Below, piece by piece: positions 56,746 through 64,000 of a stretch of DNA of 64,000 bases. The position numbers and the translations under genes were made by a program. A model generated the notes under the pieces. That model was given only the letters and a program-made list of their open reading frames with translations. It was not told the DNA's origin and made no database searches. Within the stretch, counting starts at the first letter, position 1. The number at the start of each line of letters is the position of its first letter. Source of the stretch: Candidatus Dadabacteria bacterium (GTDB lineage Bacteria > Desulfobacterota_D > UBA1144 > Nemesobacterales > CSP1-2); contig CAWDVW010000007.1 in NCBI GenBank assembly GCA_963805855.1, forward strand, positions 527,972 through 591,971, given 5' to 3'.

Positions 56746-57801
56746 TTATAGAATTTTTCCTAAAACTGTAAGGGCTAAAAAGACCAAAACCCCAAGAATT
56801 GCCAGCGTCAGGAAAACCGGCCTTCTTAGCGGATTTCTTTCACGGCCAACATCGATTAGAGGTAAGAGAATAAGAAAGAGAATTAGCAAAATCTGTATAA
56901 ACACACCAAGAAACTTATTCGGAATTAGCTTTAGCATCTGGTAGGTTGCAAGAAAATACCACTCAGGCTTTATATGAGGAGGTGTAAAAAATGGGTCCGC
57001 CCGTTCCAAGGCATCCGTTGGGAAATAAAGCTTCGGGTAAAAGAAGACAAAAATGAAAAGGATCCCGAGGAAAAAGTATATAACCTTCACGTCCTCTAAC
57101 GCAAACTGGGGCACGAAGGGCACCTTTTTCACCTCTTCCTTCTTAGTCCCAGGAGGATAGGATATACCCGTTCTCCTCATAAAGAACAGATGCATTGCGA
57201 CCAGCATTAGAAACAATAAAGGCACGACTATGACATGCAGGGTGAAAAATCTACCCAACGTTGCTTGCCCTACACTTTCACTGCCTCTTACCCACTTTAC
57301 TAGTTCATTGCCAATATAAGGCACCGCACTTATCGTATCCGTTGCAACTGTAGTAGCCCAATAAGAGAGCTGGCTCCAAGGAAGGAGATAGCCCGAGAGT
57401 GCTGCTAAAAATCCCAAAGACAAGAGCACGCAGCCCGAGATCCACTGTAGCTCTCTGGGCTTCTTATAAGAGCCCATAAAAAGAGTGCTCGCCATATGGA
57501 GAAAGAGTACAGCTATGAATATGTTCGCTGCCATCGCATGAACCCTTCTAATTAACCACCCGAATGGGACCCCGTTAGTTATATAGGTGACACTATCAAA
57601 GGCTTTGTCTACATCGGGGATATAATATATGAGAAGCAAGATCCCGGATATAAACTGGATTAAAAGCATTGCGATGAGTGCGGCGCCCATAGAGTACCAA
57701 AAACTCAGATTCGCCGGGACCATATAGCCGGTGAGATTACTTTTTATTACCTCTCTAATTCCAACTCTTTCATCGATCCAATCAACGATTTTCTTCAACA
57801 T
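56746..57801 (-). CDS. Cytochrome b of a bc1/b6f-type complex (fused b + subunit IV)
   Basis: 351 aa. WYSMGA, RRVHAMAANIF..FLHM, LPWSQLSYWATTV, FFTLHV, and the Qo-site PEWYFL motif. Confidence 0.93.
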   Translation of the reverse strand: MLKKIVDWIDERVGIREVIKSNLTGYMVPANLSFWYSMGAALIAMLLIQFISGILLLIYYIPDVDKAFDSVTYITNGVPFGWLIRRVHAMAANIFIAVLFLHMASTLFMGSYKKPRELQWISGCVLLSLGFLAALSGYLLPWSQLSYWATTVATDTISAVPYIGNELVKWVRGSESVGQATLGRFFTLHVIVVPLLFLMLVAMHLFFMRRTGISYPPGTKKEEVKKVPFVPQFALEDVKVIYFFLGILFIFVFFYPKLYFPTDALERADPFFTPPHIKPEWYFLATYQMLKLIPNKFLGVFIQILLILFLILLPLIDVGRERNPLRRPVFLTLAILGVLVFLALTVLGKIL

Positions 57802-57802
57802 A

Positions 57803-58246
57803 TCAAGCCTCTGAAAGTTTTATTTCATTCTCCACAACTTTAACACCGTAGTGGGGAAGTGGCTTGGGAGGCGGTCCTGAAATGACGTTTCCATTGGCGT
57901 CAAATCTACCCGCATGACAAGGACACAAAAATATACCCGCGTCCTTTTCCCACTGTACAATACATCCAAGGTGTGTACATACGGCTGAAAAGGCTCTGAT
58001 CTCGCCCTTATAATCGATGACAACTGTTGGGTGACCGAAAGCAAGTCCCGTTTTTGATCCTTCTTCTGATACAGCCGACACCATTATGGGTTTACCCGAA
58101 GGGTTTACAAAAACCTTTTCTGTCCCGGCCGTCGATTTCGGTAAAAGGTATGCTACCGTAGGAGGTATCCAGCTTAACGCTGTAAGACCGAATATCCATT
58201 TAACGACTGTGCCAAAGAAATCCCTTCTCCCGATTTCATCGCCCAT
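57803..58246 (-). CDS. Rieske [2Fe-2S] subunit
   Basis: Tat-like signal [12 protein letters not shown]. Cluster boxes CTHLGC and CPCHAGRF. The ATG at 58246 has an AGGAGG RBS. The track ORF extension to 58333 overlaps the upstream gene. Confidence 0.9.
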   Translation of the reverse strand: MGDEIGRRDFFGTVVKWIFGLTALSWIPPTVAYLLPKSTAGTEKVFVNPSGKPIMVSAVSEEGSKTGLAFGHPTVVIDYKGEIRAFSAVCTHLGCIVQWEKDAGIFLCPCHAGRFDANGNVISGPPPKPLPHYGVKVVENEIKLSEA

Positions 58247-58251
58247 GGGGG

Positions 58252-59499
58252 TTACCTCCTTAGTCTTTGATATGTTATCTGCAGTAAAAACAAAACTACC
58301 AAAACTGCGGCGAGTAAAGCAAACCAACCCCATATGCCTATACTTCCTTTCCCAATTTTTATTAATTGTTCATCCTCTGCCATCTCTACCTTCATTATGT
58401 TTGGTTCGAGGAAAGGAACCCTGAATTCATAATACAAGTAAGATTCAACCAATAGTGTCTCGCCAATTCCTTTCGGAAGAGGAAAGGTAAACTCCTCTCT
58501 CCGCGTCTCCTTTGGCCTGATTCGGTTATCGCTCTTTACAGACGTAGCTTTTAGAAACATATCTTTAATATTTTCTTCCGGAATCTCTCTTCCCTCCCCA
58601 TCAACAAGAACTCGTCTGTATACGATCTCCTCACTTTCAAGCTCCTGTCCCCTGGGGTCGAGAAGTTTAACCGTGAGTATTACTTTACGCGAAGGAATGC
58701 CAGTGGGTAGAGAGTGCCCCGCTTCTGCGTTCGTTACATAGACTACCACCGAGATATGGTCATCGGCTTTTTCGACAACCTGGGTCAGCGTTGCCGCCTT
58801 GGTTATATTTATCTGAGAATGTCCACCTAGAAATTTATGCGCAGTTACATTATGTTGGGTTTTTGCAAATTCAGGATTCACAATAGGGACCCCAAACTCC
58901 TCTGGCATATGACAATTCTGACATTGGATCCCCTTTTCCGCATAAGGTCCCCGTTTCCATTCCGTATACGTACTCATCACGTGAAATCCATTTTCGTTTA
59001 CGACTTCATGACATCCGGCGCAGAATTCAGCCTTTAGGTGGATCTCAGAAAAATGATTCTGATGTCCTATTTCCAAGTCGCTCTTGATTGGACCTCTTTT
59101 TACAAAGCCTAGCGCAAATTCAAATGGCTCTTCCTTACTTAGATCCACGCCTTTTATGGTATGACAAAAATCACATGTAACCCCTTCCTTGGTTATGGGC
59201 TGGGTGAGGTTATAATCGCCGGTAACCCTCACTGTAGGAGCATGACATTTAAGGCAGAATCTTCTATTTTCTTCCCTCTCGACTTCATTATAAAAACCGA
59301 GAAAAACAGGGTCGCTGATGGAAGAAGCATGTAAAGAATTTTTCCACTGCTTATGTATCATTGTATGGCAGGAGCCACAGACCTGACTCTCTGTGTACCC
59401 TTCCTTTTTAACAATGGGATGGTCCGTCACGGCTCCTACAGTGACTGTACTAACGAGCAGGGCTAGAAGAACGTTTATAAGATCAGATTTCTTGAGCAT
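58252..59499 (-). CDS. Pentaheme cytochrome c (cytochrome c554-like multiheme family) with a C-terminal anchor
   Basis: 415 aa. Five motifs: CGSCH, CLKCH, CDFCH, CAGCH, CQNCH(MP). [23 protein letters not shown] is typical of that family. C-terminal TM helix. Confidence 0.85.
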   Translation of the reverse strand: MLKKSDLINVLLALLVSTVTVGAVTDHPIVKKEGYTESQVCGSCHTMIHKQWKNSLHASSISDPVFLGFYNEVEREENRRFCLKCHAPTVRVTGDYNLTQPITKEGVTCDFCHTIKGVDLSKEEPFEFALGFVKRGPIKSDLEIGHQNHFSEIHLKAEFCAGCHEVVNENGFHVMSTYTEWKRGPYAEKGIQCQNCHMPEEFGVPIVNPEFAKTQHNVTAHKFLGGHSQINITKAATLTQVVEKADDHISVVVYVTNAEAGHSLPTGIPSRKVILTVKLLDPRGQELESEEIVYRRVLVDGEGREIPEENIKDMFLKATSVKSDNRIRPKETRREEFTFPLPKGIGETLLVESYLYYEFRVPFLEPNIMKVEMAEDEQLIKIGKGSIGIWGWFALLAAVLVVLFLLQITYQRLRR

Positions 59500-59648
59500 A
59501 CCGGAAAGAGTTTCCTACAAGTAAGACATCCTGTAAAGAAAGTAAAATTTTCTATTCAGTCGCCGCAACAATTTCAGACTTAATTTATCTTATTCTACAT
59601 CAAGAGTCCAGTTCCTATTCAGGCTCTATGTTTCATTGTTTCATTGAG

Positions 59649-59664
59649 AGCAAGTTCCATGCCA
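59649..59664 (-). promoter_or_regulatory. Candidate sigma-54 promoter (minus strand) for the multiheme-Rieske-cyt b operon
   Basis: The minus strand reads TGGCATggaacTTGCT, 149 nt upstream of the ATG at 59499. Confidence 0.55.
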
Positions 59665-59840
59665 ATAGCTCACCAGGCCTTAGAATCTAGTCTTTTTGCT
59701 CCCACGGAATTGTGGTCATCAGGGAAAGCAAGTCGACTGTATGAAAATCTGACATACTAAGTGTTTTACCTCTAATAAAACCCCTGTAGCGAACCCTAGG
59801 GAAATCGCTAGTTAAACTGTTTTAGCGATCTGTAATTCTT

Positions 59841-59856
59841 TGGCACAAAGTTTGCT
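59841..59856 (+). promoter_or_regulatory. Sigma-54-like -24/-12 motif immediately upstream of hemA
   Basis: TGGCACaaagtTTGCT. It lies only about 20 nt from the ATG at 59877, with no clear SD, so function is doubtful. Confidence 0.35.
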
Positions 59857-59876
59857 CAGTGATACTCTTCAAGAAG

Positions 59877-61187
59877 ATGAGATTGGTTCTTGTCGGACTT
59901 AATCATAAGACTGCTCCTGTTGAGGTGAGGGAAAATCTCTATTTTGAAAATTCTTCTCTCGGAGCTGGACTAGATGACTTGCGGCAGAAAGCCGGAATTA
60001 GAGAATGTGCAATCCTCTCGACCTGTAATCGTGTGGAGGTATATGGTGTAACAGAAAATGAAGACGGCATAGAGGAAATTACACAATTTCTATCCGAATT
60101 TCATGGTGTTCCTACACTGAACTTCGCTCCTTACCTCTATGTTATGACGAGAAACGCTGTTACAAGGCACATGCTTCGAGTTACGTCCAGCCTAGATTCT
60201 ATGGTGGTGGGTGAACCCCAAATACTGGGACAGGTTAAGGATGCTTATAGAATGGCTGTTGGAAAGAAGACCGCAGGGCCTATACTCAACCGCCTCTTCA
60301 ATCATGCCTTTTTTGTTGCAAAGAGGGTGAGAGCCGAAACCGGAATAGGACACTATACCACCTCGGTAAGTCATGCAGCGGTGGAGCTTGCAAAAAGAAT
60401 ATTTGACGACCTTTCAGGGAGAAGGGTCATGCTCATAGGAGCAGGAGGAATGGGAAAGCATGCTCTGACTCATCTTGTAGCAGCAGGGGTAAGAGACTTA
60501 ATCGTTGCCAATCGGACAATTGGGCGAGCCCAAGAGATTACTGAAAAATTGGGCGGTAGAGCGATAAGAATTGAAGAGGCTTACAATTACTTAAAGGAAT
60601 CGGATATCGTGATTACCGCTACCGGTTCTAATGATTTTATAATAAAGCCACAGAACGTTCTCGATGCTCTAAAGCTCCGGCGCAATGAGCCCATGTTTAT
60701 GATAGATATTGGAGTCCCGAGAGATGTTGACCCGAGGGTTGGAGAGCTAGAAAACGTCTATCTTTACGATATAGACGACCTTCAGGGTGTCGTAGTTGAA
60801 ACCTCTAAGATAAGACACGTTCACCTAGAAAAGGCTGAAGAGATAATTCTTCAAGGAGATACGGGGTTCCATCAGTGGCTCGAAGGGCTTAAGGCCGTAC
60901 CGACCATCATCTCCATAAGACGACGGTTTAATGAAATTAAATGCATTGAGGTTGAGAAGGCCTTAAAGAGGTTAGGCAACATCTCGGAAAGAGAGAGGGA
61001 GATCATAGAAGGGATGGCATCTGCAATTATAGGTAAGATTCTTCATCACCCGGTAACCAGGTTAAAAACAGAGGCTTCTAAGTTAACAGGGGATATCTAT
61101 GCAGATACGATCAGAGAAATATTTAACCTTGATGAACAATCCAAGTTACAAGAATACTGCGTAGTGAATTCTGAAAATGAGGTTTAG
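59877..61187 (+). CDS. hemA: Glutamyl-tRNA reductase
   Basis: MRLVLVGLNHKTAPVEVRE, STCNRVEVY (catalytic Cys), GAGGMGK. The ATG at 59877 is preferred over GTG 59859. Confidence 0.95.
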   Translation: MRLVLVGLNHKTAPVEVRENLYFENSSLGAGLDDLRQKAGIRECAILSTCNRVEVYGVTENEDGIEEITQFLSEFHGVPTLNFAPYLYVMTRNAVTRHMLRVTSSLDSMVVGEPQILGQVKDAYRMAVGKKTAGPILNRLFNHAFFVAKRVRAETGIGHYTTSVSHAAVELAKRIFDDLSGRRVMLIGAGGMGKHALTHLVAAGVRDLIVANRTIGRAQEITEKLGGRAIRIEEAYNYLKESDIVITATGSNDFIIKPQNVLDALKLRRNEPMFMIDIGVPRDVDPRVGELENVYLYDIDDLQGVVVETSKIRHVHLEKAEEIILQGDTGFHQWLEGLKAVPTIISIRRRFNEIKCIEVEKALKRLGNISEREREIIEGMASAIIGKILHHPVTRLKTEASKLTGDIYADTIREIFNLDEQSKLQEYCVVNSENEV

Positions 61188-61191
61188 TGGG

Positions 61192-61581
61192 CTACTGTAC
61201 CTCGCCCTTAACGAGCTCGGAATTGCGAATACCTCGAATGGGATTGAATAAAAAACAAAAAATTACGCCCTTAGTATCAGCGAGATTATGAATCCTGTAG
61301 GGCTCATTATCGAATATTGATATACCCTCGCCGCGAAGAAGTTCGTAGTACCTATCACCGACTTCAAATGCCAGGTTGCCCTCGACAATCATGTGAAATG
61401 ACGCATTGTACCAGAGGTAGGATTCATCAACCGAAGATTTCGGCCCTAGTTCTATTGTTAATAACTCAATTGGATCACTTTCGTATATTACACGAATACA
61501 GGTTGTTCCTCGCTGAATAGACCTTAAAGAGTGCCCCTTCTTAAAAACCCGTACATCCGCGTGTTCCATCTTTCTTTCCAC
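61192..61581 (-). CDS. Cupin-domain protein
   Basis: 129 aa, beta-rich. HMIVEGNLAFEVGDRYYELLRGEGISI resembles a cupin barrel. Confidence 0.45.
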   Translation of the reverse strand: MERKMEHADVRVFKKGHSLRSIQRGTTCIRVIYESDPIELLTIELGPKSSVDESYLWYNASFHMIVEGNLAFEVGDRYYELLRGEGISIFDNEPYRIHNLADTKGVIFCFLFNPIRGIRNSELVKGEVQ

Positions 61582-61997
61582 AAGTGCTTACAATTAAATT
61601 ATCTACGTGGCAATATCCATACCGAAGCATAAGAACGTTCGGGCGAAAAATTGCCCATTTCTAACCGCCTATAATTAAATAGTATTTCTTAAAATCCGAA
61701 TTCCTGTCAAAGACGGGATTCCGAGAATTTATAGAGCAGACGATTTCAAAATGAAATGGTTTTTCTCTAATTGACTGAAATGATTGATTTTTACAATATT
61801 ACAATTTGCAATAAATTCTTAAATATTGTTCAAAATGCAATATATCAATTTTTTATCACGGCGATAATGAATCACAGCTCTACCGAGCTTTTCTATATTT
61901 TAAGCCGGGTTGATTCTAACATACCGTCAAGGTTAATTTTATTGCGAGTGAAATGGTATTTCGACACACTATCTCAGCATTTTGAATGGATGGTTTC

Positions 61998-62013
61998 TGG
62001 CATGATAATTGCT
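61998..62013 (+). promoter_or_regulatory. Candidate sigma-54 promoter upstream of the lipoprotein multiheme cytochrome
   Basis: TGGCATgataaTTGCT, 114 nt before the ATG at 62128. Confidence 0.55.
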
Positions 62014-62127
62014 CCTATATGATGGTTGTGAACTCAAAAAGAGATACAACAAAATCGAAACGGCTGTCGTCCCATAATTGGTTTTCCAGTGTAGAAGCAA
62101 TAAAAAAAAGCTTAAAGGAGTAAAAGC

Positions 62128-64000
62128 ATGGCAAAGGAAATAAGTTATACACTCTTTACCATTTTCCTCTCTATACTAATGTTTAGCATCATTAGCTGTG
62201 ATGGAGGGGGAGGGGGAGGAGGAGGAGGTGGCGGAGGATCCAGGGTGGAGCTTGATCAAACCCAGTGCAAAAGCGTGGGATTTGGTGCACAGGCTAATGT
62301 TCAGGTGATTGCGCCTGCGAATGCGTCTATCGAGTGGACATTCGCCGACTGGCCTGGCAGCGACCCAGAGTTTGGTATACCAGCCCCTAGCCTCACAGGT
62401 GCTAATACCGATACTGTGTCCTTTACCACGTTTAGTATCGAGGACACTCTAGCCAATCTGAACAGAGGCCTTCGCGACAGATTCGAGATCCTGCCTTTCA
62501 GCGCGCAGGAGGTGAACTATATCCTCGACGTTAAGGTGAGCTCCGGTGGAAACGAAGTGGAGGAATCGATAAGATGCACGTCCGCTCCTCAGTATGGGGG
62601 TTGGGAAAACGAATATATTCCCTTGAATTTCGATCCCGAAACCGAGACCCTTCCCTTCCAGGCCAACACACATCTAGGACTTCCTGTTTATTTTAACGGG
62701 GGAACTCAGGACTCTTACAACTGGTCAATTACTAGCAAGCCCGCTGGATCAAGCGCATCAATCGTAGATGCGTCTTCAAGAACCCCTCACTTCACCCCCG
62801 ACGTAGCCGGAGATTATCAGATCGCAGAATCCATGTCCGGAAACAGTTTCAGCATATTCAACGTCAGCGAATGGCTCGGTGTCACTGCGGGAGGAAGCTG
62901 CTCTGCGTGTCACTCGATAGACCAGACCAGATCATCTGACGGCAGAATCATGACGCCGAAATATCAACCATGGCTCGCTACCGGTCACGCAACATTCTTC
63001 GAAGAAAGCATTGACGGACAAAAATCCTCCCATTACAACGAAAGCTGCATATACTGTCACACGGTGGGTTACAACCTGGGGAACACGATCTATAATAACG
63101 GGTTTGATGACGTTCAGGAAGTGGTTGGCTGGGAATTTCCTGCCACGCTTATGCCCGGAAACTTCGATGCTATCCCGTCGGACCTCCAGGAACTGGCGAA
63201 TATACAGTGTGAAAATTGCCATGGGCCGGGACAGCGGCATGCTTCTATGGGCGGAGACCCCGATGCCATAATAACGAACTACACAGCTAACGATTGCTTC
63301 CAGTGTCACGATGAACCCCCAAATCACCTTAGAGCTAATCAATGGAATAATTCCCCCCACTCAAAATTTGTGACCACAGGAGATCTTCAAATAAGTCCCC
63401 TGGGAGAAGATGACCCTGCACTAAGGGGAACCTGTGCAAATTGTCACAGCACAGCCGGCAACGTGATATGGATCAGAAGCGGCGGCGAGCCTCAGGATCT
63501 TGTAGACTTTGCACCGCCAGCGGATTTCGCCGAGCCACAAACGTGTTCAGCGTGCCATGATCCGCACAATGAAGCCAACTGCGAGCACCAGGTGAGGCGA
63601 TGCAGCAGCTTTACCACCGTTGCCATGTATACAGTGCCGGATAGCGTGGGATTGGGCGCAACGTGCTTTGGTTGCCATAACTCAAGGAGACCAATAAGCA
63701 ACCCGAGCACATTGACAAACCAAAATGATGCGCACGCAGCCCTTCAGGGGGACACGTTCCTGGGTGAAAATATGTGGTTTGAAGAGGATGCGCCCGGTGG
63801 AGTATATCCAAATTCACCTCATACGACCGCTACCAAAGAGGCATGCGTAGACTGCCACATGGCCCAGAATCCCGACCAGGACGGCCCCGAGCGCAATAAG
63901 GTTGGAGAGCATACACATCTTGTAATTGACGAGGAGACGGAATTTGAGAACACGGGTATAGCTCCGACAGCCGATGACCCCCAAGGGTCGGGCTGTCTGT
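62128..64000 (+). CDS. Lipoprotein multiheme cytochrome c (at least 8 hemes in the window); the 3' end lies outside the window
   Basis: Open-ended, so absent from the ORF track. I translated 62881-64000 by hand, plus the N-terminus, and found no stop; the 62250-62880 stretch I read less carefully. The protein begins MAKEISYTLFTIFLSILMFSIIS-C-DGGGGGGGGGGGGS (lipobox plus poly-Gly linker). Heme motifs are CSACH, CIYCH, CENCH, CFQCH, CANCH, CSACH, CFGCH and CVDCH. AAAGGAG RBS. Confidence 0.85.
   Translation, partial: MAKEISYTLFTIFLSILMFSIISCDGGGGGGGGGGGGSRVELDQTQCKSVGFGAQANVQVIAPANASIEWTFADWPGSDPEFGIPAPSLTGANTDTVSFTTFSIEDTLANLNRGLRDRFEILPFSAQEVNYILDVKVSSGGNEVEESIRCTSAPQYGGWENEYIPLNFDPETETLPFQANTHLGLPVYFNGGTQDSYNWSITSKPAGSSASIVDASSRTPHFTPDVAGDYQIAESMSGNSFSIFNVSEWLGVTAGGSCSACHSIDQTRSSDGRIMTPKYQPWLATGHATFFEESIDGQKSSHYNESCIYCHTVGYNLGNTIYNNGFDDVQEVVGWEFPATLMPGNFDAIPSDLQELANIQCENCHGPGQRHASMGGDPDAIITNYTANDCFQCHDEPPNHLRANQWNNSPHSKFVTTGDLQISPLGEDDPALRGTCANCHSTAGNVIWIRSGGEPQDLVDFAPPADFAEPQTCSACHDPHNEANCEHQVRRCSSFTTVAMYTVPDSVGLGATCFGCHNSRRPISNPSTLTNQNDAHAALQGDTFLGENMWFEEDAPGGVYPNSPHTTATKEACVDCHMAQNPDQDGPERNKVGEHTHLVIDEETEFENTGIAPTADDPQGSGCL

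Noticed and set aside
62196-62240. G-rich tandem-like repeat (gga/ggg/ggt/ggc run)
   Set aside because: It is in frame within the lipoprotein cytochrome ORF and encodes a poly-Gly linker. It is not a CRISPR array or a non-coding microsatellite.

Overview
This is a densely coding 64-kb stretch of a bacterial chromosome that looks low in G+C by eye. I found no rRNA, tRNA, CRISPR array, transposase or phage genes.

- **1-26 kb, mostly housekeeping:** nfeD-SPFH, miaA, and a complete minus-strand rimP-nusA-infB-DUF503-rbfA-DHH-truB-rpsO-pnp string. It also holds bacterioferritin, a transglutaminase-like membrane protein, uvrB, an ECF sigma/anti-sigma/Spy-like module, an MFS pump, a cobA-hemD fusion and a frameshifted rsmE.
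- **26-36 kb:** a variant System I cytochrome c maturation cluster (ccmC-D-E-F with a Cys-type CXXXY CcmE, no recognisable ccmA/B/G/H, and two unusual tail genes). It is followed by an ORF-poor region and a feoB / Cys-rich protein / DtxR-FeoA operon.
- **36-64 kb, a very cytochrome-rich respiratory island:**
  - an octaheme-FeS-NrfD module;
  - an 11-heme cytochrome c fused to cytochrome b (CbcL-like);
  - a 3-TM, 7-heme NapC/NirT-like protein (ImcH-like);
  - an operon joining a split 9-heme + cytochrome b pair to an M56 protease, a sensor kinase with a periplasmic CXXCH, and a NarL-type regulator;
  - a Rieske/cytochrome b complex flanked by two pentaheme cytochromes;
  - a poly-Gly-linked lipoprotein multiheme cytochrome cut by the window end.

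By my count, seven multiheme ORFs carry 53 heme-binding motifs. Seven intergenic, correctly oriented -24/-12 (sigma-54-type) promoter motifs precede most of these units. The main candidate for something not yet described is this consolidated quinol-to-periplasm/extracellular electron-transfer island with its own heme-based sensing operon. The organism is probably an anaerobic metal- or electrode-respiring type, but that is inference only.
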